64,000 nt of DNA from Podarcis erhardii (taxonomy: Eukaryota): assembly GCA_964252035.1 (NCBI GenBank), contig OZ176201.1, one strand, 5' to 3'. Made by a program: the position numbers and the translations under genes. Below, one piece after another: positions 13,315 to 26,607 of this stretch. Below the pieces are notes generated by a model. The model made no database searches and was not told the origin of the DNA. It saw only the letters and a list, made by a program, of their open reading frames with translations. Position 1 is the stretch's first letter. The number at the start of each line of letters is the position of its first letter.

Positions 13315-14136
13315 CTAAGAAAGAACAAACAGCACACAGTAAACACAAATTGAAAGAAAATTTCCTCCTTGAATGCAATGCTTTTCAATAACCGCTCTTC
13401 AAAAACAAAAGTGATTTGATGAATTAAGATTCTTTTGAAAGAATCTGCCTCCTTCAAGCTTAATTCAAGCCTGTATTCAAAAGACAGATGGTGGAGGGAA
13501 CAGGGATATTTCAAATAATCTGTCAGCATCATACTCTTACCTCCCCTCTGTGGGGGGGCTGATATGGACATCACTATTCTGTCTCATCAATCCACCACTT
13601 TGGGTGGTGAGATAAGTATAAAGTACCCTGTGGAGTGAAAACAAGCACATGGCCCCAAAGGAGTGGTGTGATCTCCTGGCACCACAAGCAAGCAGTAAGA
13701 CAAGTCAGAAGTGATTTACAAATGAAATAGATGGAAGTATTAAGCAATCTGCCTCCTCCCTGTTTTCCCCACCCCTAGTTCTCTGCTCCAGACTGCAGAA
13801 TCCATGGCTGAATTGGATTTTTTAAAACGCAGAGGAAAACAACACATAAGCGGGGGCAGTATGCAATGGACTTATTCCGTTGGCATAAAAATTTATGCAT
13901 GCACAAGGAAACTTTCCTCCGCTCCCCAAATCTGCTCTGGAACAGATTAAAGGGGTGCATGGCAAGAGGAGAGGGTAGAAGTTCCATTACAGAAGCAAAT
14001 TTTTTTGCATCAACGAAATGAGTGGTGTAGAGCTACTTTGGATACAACTCTTGAGTATAGTTTGGCCTAATAGTTCTCTAATATCAAAATCAAGAGAAAT
14101 GGAACAGTAGTCTCAAAGCCAGCAACAAGGATTCTA

Positions 14137-14361
14137 CAGTGGTACCTCAGGTTACACACGCTTCACGTTACACACTCTGCTAACCCAGAAATAGTGCTTC
14201 AGGTTAAGAACTTTGCTTCAGGATGAGAACAGAAATCGGGCTCCGGCGGCACAGCAGCAGCAGGAGGCCCCATAGGTAAAGTGGTGCTTCAGGTTAAGAA
14301 CAGTTTCAGGTTAAGAACAGACCTCCGGAACGAATTAAGTACTTAACCCGAGGTACCACTG
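14137..14361. mobile_element. Tc1/mariner (Tigger-like) MITE, family B
   Basis: Perfect TIR cagtggtacctc / gaggtaccactg with TA flanks. A near-identical copy is at 49899-50140. Confidence 0.9.
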
Positions 14362-14409
14362 TACTTATCATCTTATACACAGCAGAGCGGCCAAGAGTGA
14401 TCAACCTTA

Positions 14410-14559
<150 letters not shown>

Positions 14560-14761
14560 TTAGAAAAAGAGGTCAGCCTCCTGGCTTTAAAAAAATAAAT
14601 AAATTATTGTGTTACTTTCCCACCCAATTCCATCCCACAGGCTTCATGCAGAGATTGTAACTGCAAGCATGAAGCAGCATGCTGTCAGCTATGAGCTTAG
14701 ATTATATAAGCGCATTGACAGCTAGACAGCAGTGCAATATTCCTTCGGTTAAAATGATTAC

Positions 14762-14890
14762 CTCCACTGATTTTTTATCCTCTTGGTCAGCATCCCCGGA
14801 GCCCACTTGCTGGTCTCCTTCGTTCGGCGTTTCTTGTTTTGCAGTTTGCGCGCTGAGGCTTTTTGTCAATTCATGAGCGGAGTTCCTTGC
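14762..14890 (-). CDS. FAM114A2: FAM114A2 coding exon 9: ARNSAHELTKSLS...DKKSVE
   Basis: 129 nt, AG/GT boundaries, phase 0/0. Confidence 0.92.
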
Positions 14891-15001
14891 CTGTCCGAGA
14901 GGAAGCAGAAACACACCAGCACATCACCAAAAGGAGAGGCAGGACCATCCGGGTCATGCTGCACATGGAGGAAGTACAATTGCCTCTGGAATGAAACTAT
15001 G

Positions 15002-16050
15002 CACTGGGGAACAAAATTTTTGTTGCATTGACACCTGCAGTTGTTCTAACCTAATTTTGACGTGCTGATGTCATATCTGAAGTGGGCTTTGTTCTGTAAG
15101 CTCTAGTTTTTTCCAATTCATGTTTTTCACTTTTCACCATAATCTTTGTTTTTTACAATGCAAGAATTCAATATTTTATTAAACACATAGCCAAAGCAGT
15201 ACAATATGAGTATAAATGTAAGTGACTTATATAGCATTGAACATGACATGTATAGCATTGAAAATGACATGTATATCTATGTATAGTTGGAGGTATGAAA
15301 AAAAATGTATTCCTTTGGGATACACAGTATACTGGGGAACAATTTTTTTTTTCATTTTCTTTTGCATGAGATTTTTCAACTGTTCTTATATGTTCTTTCA
15401 ATGCTGATTTCAAATCTGAAATCTATTTCTGTGTACATGCTATAGTTATCTTTCAATTTCCGACTTTTGCCGATATGTCATATTTAGGTAAAGGTTAGGT
15501 CCAGTCGTGGCTGACTCTGAGGCTTTTCGCTTTATTGACCGAGGGAGCCGGCATATAGCTTCCGGGTCATGTGGCCAGCATGACTAAGCCGCTTCTGGTG
15601 AACCAGAGCAGCACAAGGAAACGCCGTTTACCTTCCCACCGGAGCGGTACCTATTTATCTACTTGCACTTTGACGTGCTTTCGAACTGCTAGGTTGGCAG
15701 GAGCAGGGACCAAGCAACGGGATTCGAACCACCGACCTTCTGATCGGCAAGTCCTAGGCTCTGTGGTTTAACCCACAGCCCCACCCACATCCCTCCATGT
15801 CAGATTTATACTGGGGTAAGTGGACACTGACACGTTGATCTACCCTAACCACATGGTAATTATTGTTTTGCAAAGCTAGTTTTTCTTTATTTTTACAGTT
15901 TTATAACCTAAATATTTGTATTTTTCAGACCATGGCTTTTTCAAGTAGACAAAAATGTGTAAACAAGCCTGATGCCTTTTGTTATGTATGTGGCTGCTAC
16001 GCACTTCCTCGTCAAAGATGCAATATAACAGTGTTTGTGAGGTGTGCCTA
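15002..16050 (+). mobile_element. Chapaev3-like (CMC superfamily) DNA transposon relic: two termini plus the transposase N-terminus, interrupted by a SINE
   Basis: The terminus actggggaacaa occurs at 15003 and 15331, each followed by a gctgat(g/t)tca(t/a)atctgaa motif (15064, 15403). ATG at 15932 gives MAFSSRQKCVNKPDAFCYVCGCYALPRQRCNITVFVRCA, a CxNxPDxFCYxCG motif that I recall from Chapaev3-type transposases. Confidence 0.7.
15486..15796 (-). mobile_element. Sauria SINE with internal deletions, nested in the Chapaev3-like relic
   Basis: SINE body with aggtaaagg tail. 11-bp TSD atgtcatattt (15475-15485) / atgtcagattt (15797-15807). Confidence 0.92.
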
Positions 16051-16084
16051 ACAGCCAAAAGATCACAAAAAAACACTCACTCAC

Positions 16085-16164
16085 TTGGGTTAGTTTGGCT
16101 GGCGCTGTAGAGACTCGTAATTGTGAAAAGAGATCTCCTACTTCCTTTGTGAAGTCTTCCTCCT
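16085..16164 (-). CDS. FAM114A2: FAM114A2 coding exon 8: (E)EEDFTKEVGDLFSQLRVSTAPAKLTQ
   Basis: 80 nt, AG/GT boundaries, phase 1/0. Confidence 0.93.
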
Positions 16165-16839
16165 CTGAAAGCAAGAGATGACAGGTGCTGAATGCTACAT
16201 CTAATCATCAACATTAAAACTTACTAAGTTGCATTTGAATTTTGCATTTGTACTCATTTCTGTCCTTTTGTGTAAATAGCTTTGCTTTACTAATATCTTA
16301 GTCTCCATAAAATCTACCAAAAGGGACAGCCTCCTGCTCAAGGATTTGTATTATAATGGTCTTTTCCCCCTTTATGTCAGGAATGATGAAGGAGATTATC
16401 CTGTGGAGCTTAGCAGTGCTTCTCTTGCGAAGTCCACAAGACTTCTGCTGCAGTTTTCGTGATCCCACTGATCAACTGCAATATCCTTCATTTAAGCTTT
16501 GGATCACAGATTCAAAGAGTGAGTCAGTCAGAATACCAGTAGCGATTAACCAAGAGCCTGATGACATAGATAATCTTGCCAAAGGTATTCACTTGAAGAA
16601 GTTGGAAGTGCACGGAGTAGTCAATTAACAGCCTGTGTTATCTGCATCTCCTGCAAAGCTTCCAGAGAACTGTCCACTGTCAGAAACAGAATAATGGCAA
16701 GATGGACCATTGATAGGAATTAATGGACTGGTTCATATGCTTAGTTTTCCATCTTTCATGTGTTATTGCACCACACTCATAACGGAATGACTGAACTCAC
16801 CATTCAATCATTTTACTTTTGCTATTCAGTCTACTGTTA

Positions 16840-17070
<231 letters not shown>

Positions 17071-17351
17071 TTAAGGTGGCAGCACTAATGACAAGCTGAC
17101 TACGGAAAGCAATTCACTCTTTGACAAGGGGAGCTCTGTGTTTGGCATATTCCCTCACAGCAGAGAGAGAAGGTGTGTGTGTAAAAATATCAAACTTGCT
17201 CTACCTCGCAGTGCCATTGATTTTTACCATCAATGGCTCAGTCATTCGGAGCAACAAAGATCGAGAAAGCTCTTATTTTAATAAAAAACACTACACAAGG
17301 GGTAAAGAAACAGCAGGGGAGGGCAGGGAGAGGTGTTTTTTCCTGCATTTA

Positions 17352-17633
<282 letters not shown>

Positions 17634-17751
17634 CTACAAATGGAAAAGTTGAAGCATTAATGCTGGTGCATGTATATAGAAACACACACAAAGGAAAGGT
17701 TCATCCTGAAATATCTGGGGTTCTGCTGGGAACAGCTCTAGGGACTGATCA

Positions 17752-18015
<264 letters not shown>

Positions 18016-18466
18016 TTACTTACGTGCTGCATTTCCACAATGAGCTGAACCCAAAGAGGCTTACAGCACATATTCAAAACATCAAAATACAGAGCATTGG
18101 AAATACAAATATACAAAACACAGAGCATGTCAGTAAATTCAAAAAATTGAAGGAACAGAGATCAAAACTCAAGTCAGAAATATAAATCACATGATGAGAG
18201 CCCTGGGAGTCAAGTGTTCAAAGTGCAGGGTGGGGTTTTTAGTAGTCTTTGGGAAGAATGATAATAGGTGGCAATAAGAAGGAATAACACAGCCTAACAC
18301 CACTTTATCTTGATGCTGGAACAACCATAAACATGACAAATAATTTTTCAAAAGCATATAATTATATGCTGTAAGAAGTGGATAAGTTTGCACAAACTAT
18401 ATTTCTCATTTTGTTTTACAAACCCAGTGAGACCCATTTTGTCTGCTTATTGATCAAAAATAAAAA

Positions 18467-18675
18467 GTCACATCCACATTATACATTAAAGCACATTCAT
18501 CACACATCTGAAGCACGTGGCTTCCCCCAAAGAATCCTGGGAGCTGTAACTTGTTAAAGGTGCTGGGAATTGCAGTTCTGTGGGTGGTAAACTACAGTTC
18601 CCATAATGCTTTGAGGGAACCCATGCACTTTAAATGTGCATTGAATGTGCTTTAAACGTATGATCTGAATGTGAC
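18467..18675. mobile_element. Non-autonomous TIR element, about 33-bp imperfect TIRs
   Basis: gtcacatccacattatacattaaagcacattca (18467-18499) versus tgaatgtgctttaaacgtatgatctgaatgtgac (18642-18675). Confidence 0.65.
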
Positions 18676-19758
18676 CAAATAATGCTTTCCAAAAAAACCC
18701 CCAGATGATTAAAAAGCCATGTTAGGTTGCATTGACCAGGTATAGGTCCCCCCTGCTATTTTTACACTGAACTCCATATAGCATGAACTCCATATAGTAC
18801 ATTAAGGTGGAAGGTGACGATATTAAACTAGAAAATTACTATATGCTGCATTAGTCCAAACCAGGCCGCCACCACCTAACACCTTACAGTCTTTTCTCAG
18901 GTTAGATTACAAGCCAACCTTGAGAAGCACACCCCCCCAACCACTACCCAGATACAGAAATGACAGGCATGGATGTTTCTCTTCCCCTTTCTTTGTGTTT
19001 GAAAGCTGCTAAGGCAACATTCCTCCTGCTATCACTAGAGCCAGCAGGGGGGTAGTTTCTGGCTCAGACTGCAGTGGAAAAAGGCTATTAGAGGAGGAAA
19101 TATAGGCTACTTCAGAATACAAGCATGTTAGGAATACATCACTTCTCTAAATGAAATAAAGTGTTACAAAGTTCAGCAACATCACTAATGGCTAGCAAAG
19201 TCCACAGAATACTACAAATCCAAATCTTTATTGCTTAGCCAAAGGTCCTTACCACCACAAAGCACCATGCAATGTACCTTTTGCTAATGTACTTGTATAC
19301 TTTCAGGATATTTCACTCCACCCCAATTAAACATCAATTCTAGACTAAGGAATTCACTGAGATAGGTGCCCAGGTCTTAAGCACGCAGCAAGAAATCCTC
19401 CTTTATCAAGGAATGCCATTAAGACATTCCAGATTTTACATCTCAAGGATAGAATGCCCACTTCTACTCAGACGCCAATCAAAAACTTTTTCTTAACATA
19501 TACAGCTGCTAGACAGGTCACAAGCAATTAATTAGCAACCAATAAGTTATGATAATGCATATTACACAACACTACAGAATCATTTGATGATTTAATGAGC
19601 CATTGCGCAGCATCAACCAACCGCTTGAATCAAGTTTTCCACTACTCAGAATTCAAAATGAAAGGCAAGCTTCCAATAAACAAATAAATTCAATAAATAA
19701 ATAAATAATAATAAAATAAGCTGGTGTTAATTGATATATTGCTTGCAGTCTCACTCAC

Positions 19759-19871
19759 TGTGCTCTGAACAGCAGCAGAGATGGTAGAAAACATTCCAAA
19801 TGCACCACTAATGGGCGAGGGATTTTCAGTCTCTTCTTTGCCATCACTGCTTTCTTCAGAGTTTTGGATTT
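19759..19871 (-). CDS. FAM114A2: FAM114A2 coding exon 4: (E)IQNSEESSDGKEETENPSPISGAFGMFSTISAAVQST
   Basis: 113 nt, AG/GT boundaries, phase 1/0. Confidence 0.94.
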
Positions 19872-20210
19872 CTGAAACAAAGGGAAGGGAATAGGATTTA
19901 AGTGGTGTGTGGGCCAAACTTAGCCTGTGAGGGATTTAAATTTGACCTACTAGGCCATTTTCCCCAAACCGTGCACACCTCTCCACACCTGACATCATTT
20001 GTGGTGCCCATGTGTGGGGCAAGCAGAGATACAGCAGCTGCCAATGCACAATCAAGCCCCTTAATTGACCCCCCCAATTGTCCATTGGCAAATGAAAGCA
20101 GGCTTTGATTTTTCCACCCATCAACTGATGAGCAGTAGAGCCAAAGGCTGCTAGGTCAGGTGAACGAGTTCCCTTGCACCCCTTACTCCTAGGGCTGTGC
20201 GTGGTGATTT

Positions 20211-20469
20211 CATAGAATTATAGAATCATAGAGTTGGAGGAGACACAAGGGCCATCGAGTCCAACCCCCTGCCAAGCAGGAAACACCATCAGAGCACTCC
20301 TGACATATGGTTGTCAAGCCTCTGCTTAAAGACCTCCAAAGAAGGAGACTCCACCACACTCCTTGGCAGCAAATTCCACTGTCGAACAGCTCTTACTGTC
20401 AGGAAGTTCTTCCTAATGTTTAGGTGGAATCTTCTTTCTTGTAGTTTGGAACCATTGCTCCGTGTCCGC
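20211..20469 (-). mobile_element. CR1 LINE 3' end
   Basis: The reverse strand reads [52 protein letters not shown], the classic CR1 C-terminus, followed by an (ATTCTATG)n-like tail. Confidence 0.92.
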
Positions 20470-20776
20470 TTGGGTGCTTTGAAGTCCCTACTTCAAAGCA
20501 CCCAATCAGCTGAGATCACTGTGAGGTCAAGTGATTGACAGGTGGTTACCACCACCTACCTGTCTAATTTGATAAGGATCTGGTCAAAGAGCCAAAAAGG
20601 TTCTCCACCCTGGTTTACAACAGAGGTAGGGAGAAATGTAAAAATGTCTGCTGGGCAATTGTTTTACCCTTTTTAATATATGCAATTGTTTCTATGGTAT
20701 TGTGAAATTGCTGCAAGATGCTTTATAGGAAGCGATTCATTAAATAAATAAAGAAAGGTGTATACCAAATCTAAGA

Positions 20777-20778
<2 letters not shown>

Positions 20779-20806
<28 letters not shown>
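20779..20806. repeat. (TC)14 microsatellite
   Basis: Read directly from the sequence. Confidence 0.95.
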
Positions 20807-20811
<5 letters not shown>

Positions 20812-21497
20812 TGCATAAAACTGATGCTTCTACGAAAAAGAGGCAGCAAATAAGGTCCCAAGCATCTTTTTTAATATATCCATGATAATGCCACATAAAA
20901 CTCATGCAATATCATAGATGTAGTGCCGACATGGATGTAGAGCATCACAGATGTAGTGCTTAATATCACAAACCTGTTGCCAATCTGATCTTTGTGTGAC
21001 AAAATCCATAGTTGACTTCAGGTCAGTGATAAAACAGCTACTTGATAGAAATCTAGGAATTCTGAAGTGAGCTGTAGTCTTGTGTTCGACACTTGTGATT
21101 AAAAGGCAGTTCAACATTTTGTGACCCATGAGGTCGTAATTTGAAAACTGACTTGGATAAGCATGTGTCTTTGCTTTATTTCTTTTTCCCAAATGACGGT
21201 TTCTGAATACGGCCAAGTAGTCCTATTTTTATTTTGGGCTGAATCCAAAGCTTGAATTCATGAGTCACACAGTCCTTGCCATGAGTTCCAAATCTGTTCC
21301 AGAGGGTCAGGGGACCCTCAAGAATAGAACTGGGGTGTGCATAGGAAGCTGCAGTGGGGATGAGAGGAGGTGAAAGTCCCCTAATGCAAATATTGGATTC
21401 TGCCCTCTGCCTCCATGTCTACTTTTACAATTGACATTCTACAATGAAGGAATCTGGTGTTATAGTAACAGTACCATCCTAGGCAAGGACTCAGGTT

Positions 21498-21870
21498 GCA
21501 CATAATGCTAAGCCAAACCATGGCTTACTGCGAATGCATGAGTGTGCAAGTACTAACAGTAAAAATAAGGTCTGCTTTGACACACACACCCAGATGGTTT
21601 GGCTTAGCGTTACATCCAAATCCATAGTCATGGTTTGTGTCTTTCAGACAAACCACAAGCGGCAAGGCAAGAACAAATCTTGGCTACAGCTTGTCTGGAG
21701 TGAGACCAACCACAAGTCTGGATTTGGACATACCAGCAAGCCAGACCATGGCTGAGCTCCAGCAACATGAAGATCACAGGATGAGTGAAGCAGGTAGCAG
21801 TTTTTACTGTTAGTACCTGCACACCAACACACCAATACTTAGCCATGCTTTGGCTTAGTGTTGCAATGTA
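21498..21870. repeat. Nested fold-back (palindromic) element
   Basis: Outer arms at 21498-21565 and 21801-21870, inner arms at 21594-21623 and 21720-21749. Confidence 0.75.
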
Positions 21871-22056
21871 TCTAGGGCTTGATGCAGAGATATTCAGGCA
21901 AGGCCAGTGTAGCGTGACACTCCCTTCCCGACCAAAAGCAGACACATATGTCATCATCACAAGCTAACTTGAAAGTCCCCTTGATTTTCAATAGCTTGCC
22001 ATGGGGAACTGCTCTTTCAAACAAGTTCAAAGTCCCTTTGAGTGCATGGAAATAAA

Positions 22057-22310
22057 AGTAAAGGTAAAGGGACCCCTGACCGTTAAGTCCAGTCATGGAT
22101 GACTCTGGGGTTGCGGCATTCATCTCGCTTTACTGGCCAAGGGAGCGGGCATTTGTCCGCAGACAGTTTCTGGGTCATGTGGCCAGCATGACTAAGCCGC
22201 TTCTGGCAAACCAGAGCAGTGCACGGAAATGTCGTTTACCTTCCCGCCGGAGTGGTACCTATTTATTTACTTGCACGTTGATGTGCTTTTGAACTGCTAG
22301 GTTGGCAGGA
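22057..22310 (-). mobile_element. Sauria SINE, 5'-truncated
   Basis: Tail gtaaaggtaaagg plus SINE body. The tRNA head is missing. Confidence 0.9.
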
Positions 22311-22483
22311 AATAGTAATGCAATTATTTGGATCCCAGCCAACCTACGCCAGTAGTTTCACATGCAATAAGCTGAGAAATATGCATTTAATTTGATTGGG
22401 ACCAGTAGTCATTTACACCATACAGCAAAGAATCCTCATGTGCAAAGGCATCTCCCACAGCCATACAGGAGGTGCCAGTGCTA

Positions 22484-22882
<399 letters not shown>

Positions 22883-23088
22883 TCACCAAGCAAGCAGAGG
22901 CCATGTCAGCAGGATGAATTGCTCCAGGCAGTATGCCGCATTTGAAAAGCACAATGAATTGCTCAATCAAGCCAGTAGCTTAATATTTCCCTCTTTTTCC
23001 TCTCTGTTTAAGAGACAGCACAAATTGCAACCTCTCAACTTCTGTGCTGCTGCTTACATTTTTACCACGTTTAACCTGCTGCTAATTA

Positions 23089-23257
23089 CCGTATTTTTTG
23101 CACCATAACACTCACTTTTTTCCTCCTAGAAAGTAAGGGGAAATGTCTGTGCGTGTTATGGAGGGAATGCCTACGGGTGGCATGCCTACAGATTTTCCTC
23201 CTCTAAAAACTACGTGCGTGTTATGGTCGGGTGCGTGTTATAGAGCGAAAAATACGG
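23089..23257. mobile_element. pogo/Tigger-type MITE
   Basis: TIR ccgtatttt / aaaatacgg, with TA flanks at 23087-23088 and 23258-23259. Confidence 0.82.
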
Positions 23258-23347
23258 TAATTTTCTTCTGTTGTGTTCTGTTGTGTCACTTTTAACTTCT
23301 AAAGGCAAAAAAGAAAAAGAAAAGCAATTTCGAGCAGACCCAATTTA

Positions 23348-23593
<246 letters not shown>

Positions 23594-23830
23594 TTATAGC
23601 AACACAAGAGTCTTGAACCTTGCCATATGGGCACCCAGTATATATGTTTTAAAGAGGTCACATGCTGTTGGCCATCTGCCCCCATCAGCAGTCTAGCTGC
23701 TGCATTCTGCACTAGCTACATACCAGTGCATGGTCTACAGCAGCCAAGTTATCCCAATCCAGACACGGTCATAGCTGGAAAACCAGGCAAAGCTGGTAAA
23801 AGGCACATGCCCTCAAAATGTGCTCTAGGG

Positions 23831-24023
23831 CAGTGGTTCCCAACCTTTTTTTGGCCATGCCCCGCCTAAGCAACATATCATTCTTATTATTCAAAAAGTG
23901 AACGCCTATTCACATGGAGGAAGCCTAAAAGCCATTGACTGCTAACAAGTCATTCTTGAATTGTCCCCCTTAAAAATAAAATTGCCCCCCTGTGGGGCAT
24001 GTGCCCCACATTAGCAACCACAG
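23831..24023. mobile_element. hAT-type MITE
   Basis: Ends cagtggttcccaac / agcaaccacag. 8-bp TSD ctctaggg / ctgtaggg. Confidence 0.8.
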
Positions 24024-24598
24024 CTGTAGGGGGTCCAGAGCAGTTGTGGGTGTATATGGGGAGGAGAGAAAGGTGAAGTCTCATTGCACTAGCAGGAACC
24101 CGCTCAAGCAGTGTTAGATTCCACCATACATCGTTTTATTAAATAATTTTAAAAATAATTAATTAAACGAAAATTAAGCAGAGGAGAACACAGGTCATTG
24201 CTTGTATCCCTTTTGACAGGTTCCATCCTCCTTAAAGCACAGTTTGTCTCAGCCTTTACAGACTGTCACAGTTCCGACTGAGTAAGGTAGCAAAATCAAC
24301 AACAGGGTTTTGCCACCGTGCTGTCCGCTGCTACATCCATGCACATCTTCTTAGCCCATCATAAGTTACACAAGTCTGACTCCTGTTTTCCTTTTGTCTC
24401 AAACAGATCCAACAAGATGAATATTAATGATGCACCTTACTATTTAGCACACAGGACAAATGTAGAACACAGATATCCACATCTCACAGTTCCACACTTC
24501 ATTCAAATGGATCTTCTTGGCCCCCAAATCCTGCTAGGGAATGTGAACATTATTTGTGGTAAATGAGAATTTACTGATAGCAGGTTTAGCACCGATAC

Positions 24599-24793
24599 CT
24601 GTACATTCTGACCCAGTGGCTGTTGTGCAATACTGGGCTCAGAGATTTTCGCTTCAGGCCTTTTCCGTGTCATAGCCACAAGCTCAGCTTCCCCTCCATT
24701 ACTCTCAGTGGGTTCTGCCTCCTCTGTCTTCTGAACATTTTCCTCTAATTCATGAGCAACTTCATTCAAGGGTTCATTATCCTTTTGGGACAT
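24599..24793 (-). CDS. FAM114A2: FAM114A2 coding exon 1: MSQKDNEPLNEV...TRKRPEAK...GQNVQ (exon acceptor at 24807)
   Basis: ATG at 24793, 65 codons, GT donor at 24597-24598, conserved TRKRPE. The 13 exons sum to 1500 nt (499 aa plus stop) with consistent phases. Adjacency to MFAP3 favours FAM114A2 over its paralog FAM114A1. Confidence 0.92.
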
Positions 24794-25730
24794 GACCACA
24801 GCATACCCTAGATTTATAAAGAATTCTTGTTAAAACACATACAAGAAGTTTAACAAGATAAACGGCATTTTTTCAGGAACAAACTTAACTGGAATATTTT
24901 CCAGTGGCCTACATAGATTGCGGAGTGATTTAACATGTTTGGATCATATATACTTTTGGTGCCAATCTACACTCCTTACAAAAAATAATCCTAGTATGTG
25001 TTTCCCTAGCAAGGACAGATGTGGGAGTTAATGAGTTAATTACATTTTTTAAGTGTCCTAATTTGGTAGGCATTGTACCCATTCATTATGATACTAATTC
25101 TATGAGACAATGCATTTTGAAAACAAAGGGTTTTCCATAGAAAAATATAGCAGTTCAAAACTTCCCACCATTGCTCACTACTAGTCCCAGCGTATAGGGG
25201 ATCTAAAATCCAGTTTATGTCCAGTTGTGAAATTCTACATAATGAAATTACATGGCCCAGTTAGTACAGTAGCTACTCAAAACATTTTTCTTAAGATTGT
25301 TGTGCATTTCAAGATGTATTCTATAGAGAAGAGAAGTATATTAATGTTTTCCCTACTCATACCTACATCTACATTTTAAAAAATGTACTTGCTCTAATAG
25401 GGACCACCACTTGGACTTGAAGTATCCTCCCATTCACCAATGGCTCTTTGATCCAGCAAAAACTTCCATAAAAAGAAGAAGCAATTTTTTGCCTCTTTCG
25501 CTCTGAAGATTCCTGTGCCTCTCCCCCCTGTCTGTTCTAGAGGGCTGACTGGTGGAGCAGAGGTCTTCAGGAGACAGGGACTGATACACACAAGTCACTC
25601 CACTCCCGTTTTTCTTCACGAAAGCCTCTGCTGTATCAAACATGACAATGCTTGTCATAGAAAGTCAGCTATGTCCTGCTGGTCCTGATTGTGAAGATCA
25701 CACAATACTGACAGACAGAAACAACATCAG

Positions 25731-25814
25731 TGTGTGTGTGTGTGTGTGTGTGCTAACATCGGGGAGCATTCCCCAATATCGTGGGAGGAAATAAAAGATG
25801 ACCATGCCATATTA

Positions 25815-25850
<36 letters not shown>
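25731..25850. repeat. (TG)11 and (CA)12 microsatellites in inverted arrangement
   Basis: 25731-25752 and about 25826-25850. Confidence 0.9.
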
Positions 25851-25851
<1 letters not shown>

Positions 25852-26145
25852 TCACATATGCAGAACCACAAATATGTCTCTTCCTCTCTCTGTCCATGTG
25901 CATGACACAAGGCAGACAGCCCATTTCCCCAACATTTGCTCTTCTCGGGTCATATCACTTACCCTCCAAGTGACCTGTCAGCCTTCTATTACAGTTTAAC
26001 ATTACTGAATGACACCAGTGTGTTCAGTTGCATACAACACTGTTGTGAATAATAAAAATGAAGGGAGGAAAACTGGCTTTATTCAGGGTGGGGGTAATAG
26101 GCAGCAGCTAAAATAGCCTTCTGCTTAAACACTAGCCTGGTAGCT

Positions 26146-26253
26146 TTGTTGTTGTTTAGTTGTTTAGTCGTGTCCAACTCTTCGTGACCCCATGGACCAG
26201 AGCACGCCAGGCACTCCTATCTTCCACTGCCTCCCGCAGTTTGGTCAAACTCA
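26146..26253 (-). mobile_element. BovB (RTE LINE) extreme 3' end, 108 bp
   Basis: The reverse strand encodes SLTKLREAVEDRSAWRALVHGVTKSWTRLN and ends in a (CAA)n tail. Perfect 13-bp TSD tagcctggtagct at 26133-26145 and 26254-26266. Confidence 0.9.
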
Positions 26254-26607
26254 TAGCCTGGTAGCTAAACAGGTGGCAAGAAACGACATATAGGCAAATG
26301 CACTGAATACCATATGGGTGAGTGAGGGAGCTGTTGGAGGAGGAACTCTGCACCTAGTATAGAAACCAGGGAAGCTGCCTTCTCATTCCCTCTGGTGTCT
26401 AGCACAGAAACACAAGATGCTGCTGCAGGAAGGCTAGAGATCTCTGCCCCTCCTTGGGCAACACCCAGCAGACAACTAAAAAAACCTCCTTTTCTTGACA
26501 GGCCTCTAACTTTCGTGTGCTTATTTGCAAGGCTAAGCTAAACGTGAATCAAAAAGGACTTTTTACAAGCTATATCTTAGGACCATGAAAAACAAAGCAA
26601 GACAAAA

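Noticed and set aside
16356-16720. Coding-looking intronic stretch
   Set aside because: Translating both strands by hand gave frequent stops and no known motif.
25434-25658. Possible alternative N-terminal exon of FAM114A2
   Set aside because: No canonical GT donor in frame with the next exon and no similarity to the family.
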